Shown piece after piece: positions 42,264 through 51,970 of a stretch of DNA of 64,000 nt. Each line of letters begins with the position of its first letter. The stretch's first letter is position 1. The position numbers and the translations under genes are program-made. The notes beneath the pieces were generated by a model, which ran no database searches, was not told the DNA's origin, and was given only the letters and a program-made list of their open reading frames with translations. The stretch comes from Escherichia phage L14. The stretch lies in sequence record OQ992558.1. One strand, written 5' to 3'.

Positions 42264-44083
42264 TACTGGCTCATCCATTCTTTACGAAGGTCAGCATTAT
42301 CTCCCATGAGCATTTCAAAAAGCTCTTTCCAGTTCTCAGGAAGTTTAACAACATCATATACTGGATTTTGAATCATCTCACGATATTCAGATTTTTCCAA
42401 AGAGCCAAGTCCTTTAATATAACGGATGCTATGTTTAGGTAGAGCATCTTTAGCACTCTCATATTCAGCGACTGTATAAAACCATTCTTGTTTTTTACCG
42501 ACCTGAGCGATGATTACAGGAGTTTTGACAAAACGAATTCTTCCTTGCTCAAACAGTTCTGGCCAATTACTAAAAAACCCGAGCAGAGAAGGATAAATGC
42601 TTCCTAGACCATCATGGTCAGCATCAGTCATAATAGCAATATTATGATAATTCAAGTTTTCAGCTTTTTCACCGAGAACTAATCCAGTGATTGCGCAAAT
42701 ATCAAACAATTCTTTGTTTTTAAGCATATCAGCATATGACATACCCCAACTGTTGAGAACTTTACCGCGCAATGGATAACCACCATGAAGTTCTTTATCA
42801 CGAACATCAATAAGATATCCGATAGCAGAATCACCCTCAGTCAAGAAAAGAGTAGTGTCAGCATCTTTACCGCAAAGATTCGCTTTAATGTGTTTATGAA
42901 CCTTAGCTTTAGAAGCCTTTTTAGCTGCTTTAGTTTCTGCTGCCTTTTCTGCCGCCAATTTACGAGCCAAAGCAGCTTCAATAATTGGCATTAAAATTGC
43001 TTCATTGTTTAAAATAGCACGTGAAATCTTTTTAGCATCAAGCTGAATATGACTACGAATTTCACCAAATGGAGAAGTCAAACGCTCTTTAGTTTGAGAA
43101 TCAAATCGCATGTTTTTCATATCACGAACAAACATAACGATAGTCAAACATTCTTTAACACGTGCTTTAGTTACATCAATTTTGAACTTACGTTTGATTT
43201 GTGGAATAAGGTCTTCACAAATATCATCCATAACACAGTCAATGTGATGGCCACCATTCTTAGTGTGAATGTTATTGACGTATGTTAATTGACGAAAACC
43301 ATCCGGTGAACGACCAACCGCAATAGAACAATTTTCTTGTTCTTGAACAATAGCATGCTCATCATATTGGCGTGCATATTTCTTAAAATTGCCCTGAACC
43401 TTTTTACCATTAAAGGTAAATTGAATATCAGGATAAACTACTGCAAGTGTCTGGAGACGATCTAGTGTAATGTCAAGATAAACTTGGGACAGCTCATTAG
43501 TTTCAAATGACATAAAATCAGGAATGAAAGTAACACGAGTTCCTTTCCATTTTCCAGGAATAGTTTCCCATGATTTATTTTCCATGCCATTTGAACAACG
43601 AACTACAATATTATTTTGACCATCACCAGTTTCACCGACAAACATCACAGAAAAAATGTTTGTCAAACTAGAACCAACACCATTCATACCGCCAGTGACG
43701 CGTTCTTTATCATCACCGAAGTTACCACCTGCTTTTGGAATAGTCCATGCAGCAACAGGACCAGGAATTTCTTCACCGGTAGGTGTTTTAACCATCGCCT
43801 GCGGAATACCACGACCGTTATCTTCAACTGTTACTTGATTGTTTTTAATAGTAACATTAATTTTATTTGCGAATTTAAACTTAGTACGAATACCTTCATC
43901 TACTGAGTTATCGATAATTTCATCAATAAGCTTAACAAGACCAGGTACATACTGAACACTTTCCCATTTACCAAACAGAAAGCGCTCATGCATTTCATTA
44001 GCAGAAGAGCCAATATACATGCCGCTACGCTTTTTGATATGTTCAATATCACTCAGAATTTTAATTTCATTCTTAATCATCAC
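42263..44083 (-). CDS. 39: topoisomerase II large (ATPase) subunit, unsplit 606-aa form
   Basis: GyrB-like ATPase and TOPRIM regions in one continuous ORF. Confidence 0.9.
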   Translation of the reverse strand: MMIKNEIKILSDIEHIKKRSGMYIGSSANEMHERFLFGKWESVQYVPGLVKLIDEIIDNSVDEGIRTKFKFANKINVTIKNNQVTVEDNGRGIPQAMVKTPTGEEIPGPVAAWTIPKAGGNFGDDKERVTGGMNGVGSSLTNIFSVMFVGETGDGQNNIVVRCSNGMENKSWETIPGKWKGTRVTFIPDFMSFETNELSQVYLDITLDRLQTLAVVYPDIQFTFNGKKVQGNFKKYARQYDEHAIVQEQENCSIAVGRSPDGFRQLTYVNNIHTKNGGHHIDCVMDDICEDLIPQIKRKFKIDVTKARVKECLTIVMFVRDMKNMRFDSQTKERLTSPFGEIRSHIQLDAKKISRAILNNEAILMPIIEAALARKLAAEKAAETKAAKKASKAKVHKHIKANLCGKDADTTLFLTEGDSAIGYLIDVRDKELHGGYPLRGKVLNSWGMSYADMLKNKELFDICAITGLVLGEKAENLNYHNIAIMTDADHDGLGSIYPSLLGFFSNWPELFEQGRIRFVKTPVIIAQVGKKQEWFYTVAEYESAKDALPKHSIRYIKGLGSLEKSEYREMIQNPVYDVVKLPENWKELFEMLMGDNADLRKEWMSQ

Positions 44084-44133
44084 TTATCCTCGTTTGGTTT
44101 CGGGAATATTATACTCCGGTAATCATAAAGCTA

Positions 44134-44149
44134 AAGGCCCGAAGGCCTT
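44134..44149 (-). promoter_or_regulatory. UUCG-loop stem-loop (AAGGCC-UUCG-GGCCUU)
   Basis: Inverted repeat upstream of gene 39 RBS. Confidence 0.45.
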
Positions 44150-44419
44150 TTATTTAAAACGGATAGTCGAATCCTTGAAGAATAGACCAGAACACACGGT
44201 TCCTTCTACTTTCTGCCCAGTAGGTCCAATAGCACGAAATCCAGTATGTTGAAAATCATTTTCAGAGCAACCGAACCAGTTGTATCCAGTGATTTCAATA
44301 TTAGTAAAACCACTTGAAGACAAAACTTTGGTTGCATTATCAGCATCAGTACATCCTGCTAAAGACACTGCTAATACTAATGCTGCGATAGAACGATTAA
44401 TATATTTCATAGTTTTCAC
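44150..44419 (-). CDS. putative lipoprotein (89 aa)
   Basis: Signal peptide with lipobox LAGC. Confidence 0.5.
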   Translation of the reverse strand: MKTMKYINRSIAALVLAVSLAGCTDADNATKVLSSSGFTNIEITGYNWFGCSENDFQHTGFRAIGPTGQKVEGTVCSGLFFKDSTIRFK

Positions 44420-44787
44420 TTAAATTTAATGGCTTGAAGGAGACTAATAATTCTCAAGCGACTTCTTTCATCTTTAACCGTAAATGAAAGAGGGTCACCA
44501 GATTTCATAATGATAGTGCATTCAAAATCAAAATCTTCGGGAACTTCTTCGAAGAAGTCAAATTCTTCATCATATATTAGAACATTACTCTGAAAACTGT
44601 GAAGAATTTTTCCATCATTTCCAGATGCTGTACTAATCATTGTAACATTATTACCTTTCATATCTTCAACGATAAATTCGCTTGTAGATATTACGGCATT
44701 AATAGAACCATTCCTATAAATAGCAGAAAATAGATATTTCTTTTCTTCACCTTCGCGAATGCGATATTTCTTACCAATTTTAAACAT
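44416..44787 (-). CDS. hypothetical protein (123 aa)
   Basis: ORF, 4-nt overlap with neighbour. Confidence 0.45.
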   Translation of the reverse strand: MFKIGKKYRIREGEEKKYLFSAIYRNGSINAVISTSEFIVEDMKGNNVTMISTASGNDGKILHSFQSNVLIYDEEFDFFEEVPEDFDFECTIIMKSGDPLSFTVKDERSRLRIISLLQAIKFK

Positions 44788-44789
44788 AA

Positions 44790-44966
44790 TTACCCTTTAA
44801 GTAAGTCGTAAAAACCACCATTCACATGCTTAGGAGCGGAAACTAACCGAATAGCAACCCGATGACAATCAGGACATACATCAGTATCCCTTTCAGAAAT
44901 TTTCTTGATTTTTTCGTATTCTTTTGCACAGTCTTTGGATTGACATTTATAATCATAAAGCGGCAT
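44790..44966 (-). CDS. zinc-ribbon protein (58 aa), CxxC-x19-CxxC
   Basis: Hand-translated MPLYDYKCQSKDCAKEY...CPDCHRV; below ORF-track cut-off. Confidence 0.45.
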   Translation of the reverse strand: MPLYDYKCQSKDCAKEYEKIKKISERDTDVCPDCHRVAIRLVSAPKHVNGGFYDLLKG

Positions 44967-44968
44967 AA

Positions 44969-45382
44969 TTATTCCTTAAAGTGAGCTTTCAACATCTGAT
45001 ACAAAGACCATGCCTGTTCATTATTTTCAATAGTAACGTTCATGACCGGGAATTTAGATGGATCAGTTATTGTTGCAGATTCTTCCTGCTCTTCAGCTGC
45101 CTGGTATGGATTTTCAACTTCATTAAAGAATTCAGCTTCATTCGATGAAAGCCAAATAAAATCTTCATCCAAAATATCTTTACCAGAAGATAGTACTAAA
45201 TTTCCAGCAAATGACATAATTTTAATAGGACGCCCAAGAGCATCCACATCTAAAATTTTAAAAGGATGCATACCTAAACGGCGTGCATAGATTCCGTTAT
45301 CAGTATGGTCTTTAATAAAATTTTCTTGAGCTTGTTTATTTTTAAATTGATACCATTTATTAACTTCAAATTTAATAGCCAT
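44969..45382 (-). CDS. hypothetical protein (137 aa)
   Basis: ORF in 39-motB interval. Confidence 0.45.
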   Translation of the reverse strand: MAIKFEVNKWYQFKNKQAQENFIKDHTDNGIYARRLGMHPFKILDVDALGRPIKIMSFAGNLVLSSGKDILDEDFIWLSSNEAEFFNEVENPYQAAEEQEESATITDPSKFPVMNVTIENNEQAWSLYQMLKAHFKE

Positions 45383-45597
45383 TAATAAATTTCCTTCCAG
45401 TAAGTTGTACCGTCTTCAGTGATTTCACGAAATACACCGTAAATTGGTTGTTTATCCCCAACCTTTTCATACACATAAACCGAAGTCAAGTGAGTAAACT
45501 TAGCAGTGTGTTCCTTTTGAACTACTACCAAATCTGGATCGAATAACACATCTTCAAATTCGTCATTAGTGCAGTTCTGAACAATTTTACGTTTCAT
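45382..45597 (-). CDS. hypothetical protein (71 aa), cef-like by size and position
   Basis: Size/position only. Confidence 0.4.
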   Translation of the reverse strand: MKRKIVQNCTNDEFEDVLFDPDLVVVQKEHTAKFTHLTSVYVYEKVGDKQPIYGVFREITEDGTTYWKEIY

Positions 45598-45768
45598 TAC
45601 AATTTCCTCGTTAATTGAACATTGGAGCGATGCGTTTCAGAAGAGTAGCAGCACCTTTGGCAAATTTTCCATTTTATTCTCCAAGTTATTTTCTGTATCA
45701 GTAGTTGATATTGATATAGTACCATAATCAACTACTGATGTATATAGTTTTATGAAAAAATTTAAACT

Positions 45769-46266
45769 TTATGCATAGCGAGCTTTGCTATAGTGTTTAA
45801 TCCAACTTTCAGGAATGACTTTGTATGTTCCTAAAAATACTGCGTTGTACAACTTAACGCCATCTTCTACCCACTGATCGGTAATGTATGCACACATAGC
45901 GCGAGTACGGTGTTTTTGAACAACCCCTTCTTCGTCTTCGGTAAATTCAAATTCATAAGGAGCGACGAACTTAATAGCTTGACCGAGTTTCCACTTAAAG
46001 TCTACACCTACGTGCGAAGTATCAATCGTTTCAATTCCTTTAGCAGGAACAGCTTTCAAAAACGCAGATTCAAGAAATTTCGCACGAACATAGCCAAACT
46101 GAGGTTTAGACTTTCCATCTTTAGGAATGATACGCACTTTTACTTCAGAATCTTCATCTTTAACACCATGTTTAAGCTGAATGCTTACAATTTCAACCAA
46201 TTTTCCTGCTGCTTTAGAACGGGATTTATCAGATACACGAGCAATTTCACCAATATTAATAATCAT
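45769..46266 (-). CDS. hypothetical protein (165 aa), motB-like position
   Basis: C-terminal motif TDQWVEDGVKLYN shared with next ORF. Confidence 0.45.
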   Translation of the reverse strand: MIINIGEIARVSDKSRSKAAGKLVEIVSIQLKHGVKDEDSEVKVRIIPKDGKSKPQFGYVRAKFLESAFLKAVPAKGIETIDTSHVGVDFKWKLGQAIKFVAPYEFEFTEDEEGVVQKHRTRAMCAYITDQWVEDGVKLYNAVFLGTYKVIPESWIKHYSKARYA

Positions 46267-46310
46267 AGTTATCTCTCACTTGTTAAAAAGATTTTATACT
46301 CCACGGGACC

Positions 46311-46340
46311 ATTATACTCTGGTCCCAAGAGTTTGTAAAC
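46311..46340 (-). promoter_or_regulatory. T4-early-type promoter (GTTTAC / TATAAT)
   Basis: plus gtaaac 46335-46340, attata 46311-46316. Confidence 0.45.
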
Positions 46341-46342
46341 TA

Positions 46343-46885
46343 TTAATTCAAAATAGCTACCACTGCGCTACGAGGTACTACGCTAAAATCACCTGCATGA
46401 ACAACGTTCAGGAGTTCAACGCCATCTTCAATCCACTGGTCTGTTACCCAACCACAGACCGAAATAAATGGAGTCTTGATAGCTACTGCACGAGTCAAAA
46501 GGTCAGTAGGATCGCATTCTTGGAAGAGGATAAGCTCTGCTTCAAAGACTATAGTTTTAATTACTTCATCATTATCTAAGCGATGTGCTCGAATCACGTA
46601 AGCTTTATTCTTATCATACCAATTACTTTTTGAAAAACTTTTAACCACAAACTCGCCTTCACCAAAAACACTAGTCAATGCTTTATAACCCAAATCTAGT
46701 TCAGTAGTTTTAATTTCAGTTTCAACCAGTTTGTAGATTTTGCCAATTTCGATGGTCCGAGCAGTCATAAAGGTTTCCTTAATTTCTATTGGTTTAACAA
46801 GAGTACCGTACATGCTTGCTATATCCATATCAAGCAGCTTATATACAGGATTCGGTGTGCATTCAGGATTATAATTAAATTTCAT
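46343..46885 (-). CDS. hypothetical protein (180 aa), paralogue of 45769-46266
   Basis: Shared C-terminal motif VTDQWIEDGVELLN. Confidence 0.45.
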   Translation of the reverse strand: MKFNYNPECTPNPVYKLLDMDIASMYGTLVKPIEIKETFMTARTIEIGKIYKLVETEIKTTELDLGYKALTSVFGEGEFVVKSFSKSNWYDKNKAYVIRAHRLDNDEVIKTIVFEAELILFQECDPTDLLTRAVAIKTPFISVCGWVTDQWIEDGVELLNVVHAGDFSVVPRSAVVAILN

Positions 46886-46887
46886 AA

Positions 46888-47388
46888 TTATCTCATTTCA
46901 ATAAAATCTACAAGTTCAGCATGGGATTTGCGGAACATTACTTGGTGTCCGCCAATGATAACTTGGTCATCTGGCACTTCGTATACAGCAAGATAAAATC
47001 CTTTAGAAGATAATTCTTCACGCTCTTCTCGTGTGAACCATCTCATCATATCATATTCGCTAGCGAAAGCAAAATGATAAAGAGCTATAAACCATCCTGG
47101 AATATGATATTCTACTCCAACATAATCTTTCTTGAACTTAGTATTAATTACTATATTAGCGTTTTTAACTAATAGTTTATCTTCATGCGGTACAGGAATT
47201 CTTTTATTATCATCACTATGATGCATAAAATTAGGTCTACTATAACCTACCCGTAATAGCCACTCTTCGCTCCATGAATCCATTATACTCCTGTATGGCG
47301 TAATTTGAACGCAAAGATTTCGACGTATTGTTATAGCGTCTTCATAATTAAGAATACTAAAAGATGATTCAACACGATAAATTTTCAT
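46888..47388 (-). CDS. hypothetical protein (166 aa; start at internal Met with GAGGA RBS)
   Basis: RBS-supported start. Confidence 0.45.
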   Translation of the reverse strand: MKIYRVESSFSILNYEDAITIRRNLCVQITPYRSIMDSWSEEWLLRVGYSRPNFMHHSDDNKRIPVPHEDKLLVKNANIVINTKFKKDYVGVEYHIPGWFIALYHFAFASEYDMMRWFTREEREELSSKGFYLAVYEVPDDQVIIGGHQVMFRKSHAELVDFIEMR

Positions 47389-47415
47389 TTTATTATCCTC
47401 AGTAGCTATGGTGTT

Positions 47416-47445
47416 ATAATACCACAACTAACCGAGGAAGTAAAC
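47416..47445 (-). promoter_or_regulatory. T4-early-type promoter
   Basis: plus gtaaac 47440-47445, ataata 47416-47421. Confidence 0.4.
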
Positions 47446-47451
47446 AACTTT

Positions 47452-48135
47452 TTATCGTTTTGTTGGAAGAGATAGAGGATCGCATTCTTCCTCTGACGGA
47501 GCATCTTCAAGACCCATAGCATATCGCAAAGCATACTTCATCATCAGGATGTCTTTAGCGCAGTCATGAATAGAATCATGTGCAACGAATCCATCTAAAG
47601 TTCCTTTTGGAAGAGGACACGTGGTCATATCACGAACAAGCAGAAGTGCTTCAATTCTAGTACGAATATCACGCTGATTCCAGAATTTACATGGTTCTAA
47701 CTTAAATGTGTCAAGCTCATTCTCAGAAACGCCATTAAGACGTTGAATATCACGAATGAGATCGACTAAAATTGGAAAATCAAACGACATTCCACGGCAC
47801 CAACCCTGAGATTTCCAGGGATCGATATTATGCGCATTGATATAATCATTAAATTTTGCAATACCATCAATGGTGCTTACATCTTCATCTGATGGTGCAA
47901 TATTTTTTCGAGCTTCAGGAGACTGATTTTTCCACCATTCGATAGTGCTTTTAGTAAAAAGACGGTGTCCTTTTTGGCTTTTTAAATCAAATTTGATTTT
48001 AATGCCACGTGAAACTAATTCATCAAATGTTTCAACTACTTCTGGATTAGGGTCAAAGGCAATAACAGCCAAATCAATAACAGCTGCCTTTTCACCGCTT
48101 CCCATTGTTTCAAAATCTATAATAAAATCAAACAT
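47452..48135 (-). CDS. dexA: exonuclease A (227 aa)
   Basis: DEDD-type 3'-5' exonuclease N-terminus (IDFETMG); matches recalled T4 DexA. Confidence 0.85.
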   Translation of the reverse strand: MFDFIIDFETMGSGEKAAVIDLAVIAFDPNPEVVETFDELVSRGIKIKFDLKSQKGHRLFTKSTIEWWKNQSPEARKNIAPSDEDVSTIDGIAKFNDYINAHNIDPWKSQGWCRGMSFDFPILVDLIRDIQRLNGVSENELDTFKLEPCKFWNQRDIRTRIEALLLVRDMTTCPLPKGTLDGFVAHDSIHDCAKDILMMKYALRYAMGLEDAPSEEECDPLSLPTKR

Positions 48136-48410
48136 TAAATTTTCCTTGCTAAATCGCGAATTTGACCTACAGTATAATCTTGAATATAAACTTTATTAAT
48201 AGGCTCATCAATAAATTTTGCCATAGATTCAATATCTTTTTGTATCTCTTCAAGACTGTATACTATCTTTAAAGCTTTTTCGCGAATAGTAACATTATCA
48301 GGTCCTGGATTTTCTTGAATGACAGCTTTAACATTTGTCATAAGAGATTTAAACTGATGCAAACTTAATTCAATCATTAATAACCGCCTTATAAAGATGG
48401 CTAATTTCAC
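48135..48410 (-). CDS. hypothetical protein (91 aa)
   Basis: ORF between dexA and dda. Confidence 0.45.
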   Translation of the reverse strand: MKLAIFIRRLLMIELSLHQFKSLMTNVKAVIQENPGPDNVTIREKALKIVYSLEEIQKDIESMAKFIDEPINKVYIQDYTVGQIRDLARKI

Positions 48411-48630
48411 CTAAAACATAATCACTGATTGTAACAGTTTTCACTTCACCGCAAAAGAATTCTAATGCAATCAAATCTCGTTCAATTTCTTCCAATTGAA
48501 GCATTAACTTGCCTGATTCAATTTTCACGTTTTTGCGATTTTTACTATAAGCTATTTCATAAATTTCGCTCACTTTATCTTGAAGCAGATAAAACTGGTC
48601 TTTAGTTATTTCCACGAATAGCTTCCTCAA
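48370..48630 (-). CDS. hypothetical protein (86 aa)
   Basis: ORF between dexA and dda. Confidence 0.4.
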   Translation of the reverse strand: MRKLFVEITKDQFYLLQDKVSEIYEIAYSKNRKNVKIESGKLMLQLEEIERDLIALEFFCGEVKTVTISDYVLGEISHLYKAVIND

Positions 48631-48862
48631 ATTTAATCAGCAGCTTACAGACACTTTCATCTAATGTAATTACCGTGTCTGTATTACTATGATATGATTG
48701 TTTTTCAATTCGTTTAATTGCTAGTATAGTATCACTTATAAGATTAAGTTTATAAAGGAGCTCAGCTCCTGTTACCATAACACTGAGGTTATCTTGCTTA
48801 TCAGTATGCTTCTTTATACCATCTATTAGACGATTTAAATATTTTGAATTGATGTTAATCAT
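48602..48862 (-). CDS. hypothetical protein (86 aa)
   Basis: ORF between dexA and dda. Confidence 0.4.
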   Translation of the reverse strand: MININSKYLNRLIDGIKKHTDKQDNLSVMVTGAELLYKLNLISDTILAIKRIEKQSYHSNTDTVITLDESVCKLLIKFEEAIRGNN

Positions 48863-48868
48863 ATATCC

Positions 48869-50188
48869 TCACACATAAAACACATCATAACGACCACGAG
48901 TAACACCAACATAAAGAAGCTGCTGAGCTAGTTCAGCATCTGCATAATGAATACAAGGCGTATAGATGAAAGCACGGTCTACAGACATACCCTGCGCTTT
49001 ATGGAACGTTGATGCAGGAAGTGCTTTCACTTTACTAAACTGTGATTTAGCATCCCAAAAATCACTCCATGGAGCTTTTCCACCTTTATTCCAATTTTTA
49101 TAAGTTTCTGCCGTTTTACCTAAAAATAGGTTAAACTTATATAGCTCTTCATCAGATGAAATTATTTTAATCTTTTCACGATAATATTCATCATCGCCGT
49201 AAGTTTCTACTGTTAAATCCCAATGACGAATTAAGTATTCTCCAGGAACACCACGAGCTTTAACAAACGTCGATGTATACTCTGCTTCTATAATACGAAC
49301 TAATTGTCCGTTATTAAAAATAATTTCTGACACAGGCTTTCCATCAATTTTATATGTTTTAATTAATGGTTCCTGCATTACAATAATTTCACCGACAATA
49401 AAATCTTTATCAGTTTCAAAAATCTTTTTACGAATAATGCTATTTAACTTGTCAACAGATTTATTTGTAAATGCCATTACGCGATTTTCAAACAAATCGT
49501 CTAGTGATTTTACGATTGAAAAATAATTTACCATAAAATCGCGTAAAGCGGTATCACCAGTAAATCCACGTACTCCATGGCCGTCAACAACTTTATCATA
49601 AATCCACTTACCGTTGCGAACATCAGTAGCTACATCAATAATAGGAGCATTACTGCGTTTAACTTCAGTGAGTTCACGCTGATAAAAATCTTTGTGTGTA
49701 AAGAATGGACTGATATAAGCAGTATTTTCTCCTGGATCAACAGGTCTAATTTGCTTATTATCACCTATTCCAATTATAGTACACCAAGGTGGAATAGTTG
49801 AAAGCAGAATTTTAAATAGCTTTCTATCATACATTGACACTTCGTCGCAGATTAATACCCTGCATTTAGCTAAATCTGGTACTTCCTTCTGTTCAAAAAG
49901 AACGTTTTCTTCATACGTAACTGGGTTAATTTTAAGAATACTGTGAATAGTACTCGCTTCTTTCCCTGATAGTTTTGAAAGAATCTTTTTAGCTGCATGT
50001 GTAGGAGCTGCCAAAATGATACCAGTTTCGCCCGTAGATATTAAAGCTTCAATGATGAACTTAGTAAGAGTAGTCTTACCAGTACCAGCAGGTCCATTAA
50101 TAGTTACATGATGTTTCTTTTCTTTAATAGCCCTCATAACGATGTTAAAGGCATTTTTCTGGCCTTCAGTCAAATCATCAAATGTCAT
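48869..50188 (-). CDS. dda: Dda SF1B DNA helicase (439 aa)
   Basis: Walker A GPAGTGKT; matches recalled T4 Dda. Confidence 0.92.
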   Translation of the reverse strand: MTFDDLTEGQKNAFNIVMRAIKEKKHHVTINGPAGTGKTTLTKFIIEALISTGETGIILAAPTHAAKKILSKLSGKEASTIHSILKINPVTYEENVLFEQKEVPDLAKCRVLICDEVSMYDRKLFKILLSTIPPWCTIIGIGDNKQIRPVDPGENTAYISPFFTHKDFYQRELTEVKRSNAPIIDVATDVRNGKWIYDKVVDGHGVRGFTGDTALRDFMVNYFSIVKSLDDLFENRVMAFTNKSVDKLNSIIRKKIFETDKDFIVGEIIVMQEPLIKTYKIDGKPVSEIIFNNGQLVRIIEAEYTSTFVKARGVPGEYLIRHWDLTVETYGDDEYYREKIKIISSDEELYKFNLFLGKTAETYKNWNKGGKAPWSDFWDAKSQFSKVKALPASTFHKAQGMSVDRAFIYTPCIHYADAELAQQLLYVGVTRGRYDVFYV

Positions 50189-50496
50189 CGTAAATTCCCT
50201 GCAATTGGTATACTAACAATACGCCCAGTATCTAAAATTCGCTGATATAATCTTTGCGTGTCTACGTCAGGCTTAACATGTTTAACTTCTATTTTATTAA
50301 ACCAAAATTTACGTGGAGTCTCAACTAATCTTGGAATTCCTTTACCTAAAGCTAGTCGATACTGTTCTTTAAGAGTGGTAAATACTTTATCAGCAATCTT
50401 CCATTCAAAAAATACAGCAGGACGATGTTCATCAAGTGGAACTGGCGCCGTAAATCCGTCTTTGTCTCGGTAAACTATCGCATATACATAAACCAT
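50185..50496 (-). CDS. hypothetical protein (103 aa), dda.1 position
   Basis: ORF, 4-nt overlap with dda. Confidence 0.45.
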   Translation of the reverse strand: MVYVYAIVYRDKDGFTAPVPLDEHRPAVFFEWKIADKVFTTLKEQYRLALGKGIPRLVETPRKFWFNKIEVKHVKPDVDTQRLYQRILDTGRIVSIPIAGNLR

Positions 50497-50497
50497 A

Positions 50498-51244
50498 TTA
50501 TCCTCGGATAAGTTTAAAAATTGAACAATTTAGCGGGTATCCTCTTTTCAGTTTAAGTTTATCAATAAAAGACAAGTTTTGATACCGCTCTACACCTTGA
50601 ATAATTTTATCACACATATCATATTGCATTTCTGCTTCTGACAACTTTTTCACAGTTTTCCAATCCGAGCCTTTAAGAAGAACGTTCAATTTAACAACTT
50701 CAGCGCCTTCTGCTATACGAGAACCATCAATACGAGCTTTAAGTGCTATAATTCTTAGCTTAATGTCAGAGGTCTGTTTTGATTTAGAAAGCTGAGAAAT
50801 GTGTTCAATTCGGTTTTCACGTTTTTTCTGTATAGCTTTAATTTGATTATAGGTCTTTTTGATTTTAGCCCATTTCTTTTCATCTAAATTTAGTTTATGA
50901 ACTTTTTTCGCAGATGAACGACCAATTCGCAAAGCAAATAAATCACGCTTTTCAATCAACTCTTCTAAAGTATAATCAGAACGAAATGTATTATACTTTT
51001 TCTTTACTGCAATAACATTCCCTTTAATGTATCCAACGTTATTATCAAAACGTTCTAATGATAATTTCTCTCCTTCAATACGATTATCAAAAGGTTCTCC
51101 TGAGTAAGCGCAAACTTTCTGATCTAAAATATTCTTAATATAATTGAAGTCTAAGTTAAAATCTTTAGAACGTCTTTTTGCAGATGCCTGAGTATGCTCT
51201 AGACGACGTTTAATTTTACGAATTTGGTTATTAGATAGCTTCAT
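50498..51244 (-). CDS. srd: Srd-like protein (248 aa)
   Basis: Size and position between dda and modA; basic/coiled-coil. Confidence 0.55.
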   Translation of the reverse strand: MKLSNNQIRKIKRRLEHTQASAKRRSKDFNLDFNYIKNILDQKVCAYSGEPFDNRIEGEKLSLERFDNNVGYIKGNVIAVKKKYNTFRSDYTLEELIEKRDLFALRIGRSSAKKVHKLNLDEKKWAKIKKTYNQIKAIQKKRENRIEHISQLSKSKQTSDIKLRIIALKARIDGSRIAEGAEVVKLNVLLKGSDWKTVKKLSEAEMQYDMCDKIIQGVERYQNLSFIDKLKLKRGYPLNCSIFKLIRG

Positions 51245-51280
51245 ATTTTTCTCACATCTTACGGACGGTTAACTACTTAT

Positions 51281-51310
51281 ACTATAACATTTTTACTTCA
51301 GCTTGTAAAC
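51281..51310 (-). promoter_or_regulatory. T4-early-type promoter upstream of srd
   Basis: plus gtaaac 51305-51310, actata 51281-51286. Confidence 0.4.
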
Positions 51311-51321
51311 AACTTTATGTA

Positions 51322-51350
51322 AAAATGCTTTAAAACTTTCATGGTATAAT
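51322..51350 (+). promoter_or_regulatory. MotA-box middle-promoter-like element on plus strand (aaaTGCTTTA, 12 nt, TATAAT)
   Basis: TGCTTTA at 51326-51332, TATAAT at 51345-51350; orientation opposite to flanking genes. Confidence 0.35.
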
Positions 51351-51367
51351 GAATCTAAGTCCTTCCA

Positions 51368-51970
51368 TTATAGATTAAATCCTTCAAAATCAAGAGTATA
51401 GATAGTGTATGTTGAATACTTTTTGTACTCATATCTATCTGCAATTCTAAATACACTTCCAGCTGGTATCATTACTTCTTGTTCATCTGAAACTAATTCC
51501 ATATTACGATAACGATGGCTATCTGGAAACTTAAAACTTGGACTATATTCTTTACAACGTAGAGCTTTTATAGCATACTCCTGGAAATTAAATACCATAG
51601 GAGCTTTGAATTCAAAAATAACTTGTGTGTTATACTCTAAACCGGAAGCAAAATGTAGAGCTATATTTTTATCATATGAAGCTGATACTACTTTATCAAA
51701 TGTAATAATATCAATTCCTTGATTTAATACTTGCTTAGTCTCAGCTGGAACACCTCTCCAAAGAGGTTTATCGTTTGGTTCCAAACGAGATTTGATTATT
51801 TCATTTAACCAAGTATGGTCATCTGGTTTATTAGTAATACAATGAATTAAAAGTTCAATTTCAGATAAATTAAACCCTTCAGAAAGTAATTCTTCACGAA
51901 TAGAAGCACGCACCGATGCATCCATTGATTTTATTTTAAAATCTTTTAGTTGCATTACTGAGTATTTCAT
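51368..51970 (-). CDS. modA: ADP-ribosyltransferase ModA (200 aa)
   Basis: R-S-E ART motifs (LWRG, S-x-S, EQEVMIP); length as T4 ModA. Confidence 0.75.
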   Translation of the reverse strand: MKYSVMQLKDFKIKSMDASVRASIREELLSEGFNLSEIELLIHCITNKPDDHTWLNEIIKSRLEPNDKPLWRGVPAETKQVLNQGIDIITFDKVVSASYDKNIALHFASGLEYNTQVIFEFKAPMVFNFQEYAIKALRCKEYSPSFKFPDSHRYRNMELVSDEQEVMIPAGSVFRIADRYEYKKYSTYTIYTLDFEGFNL

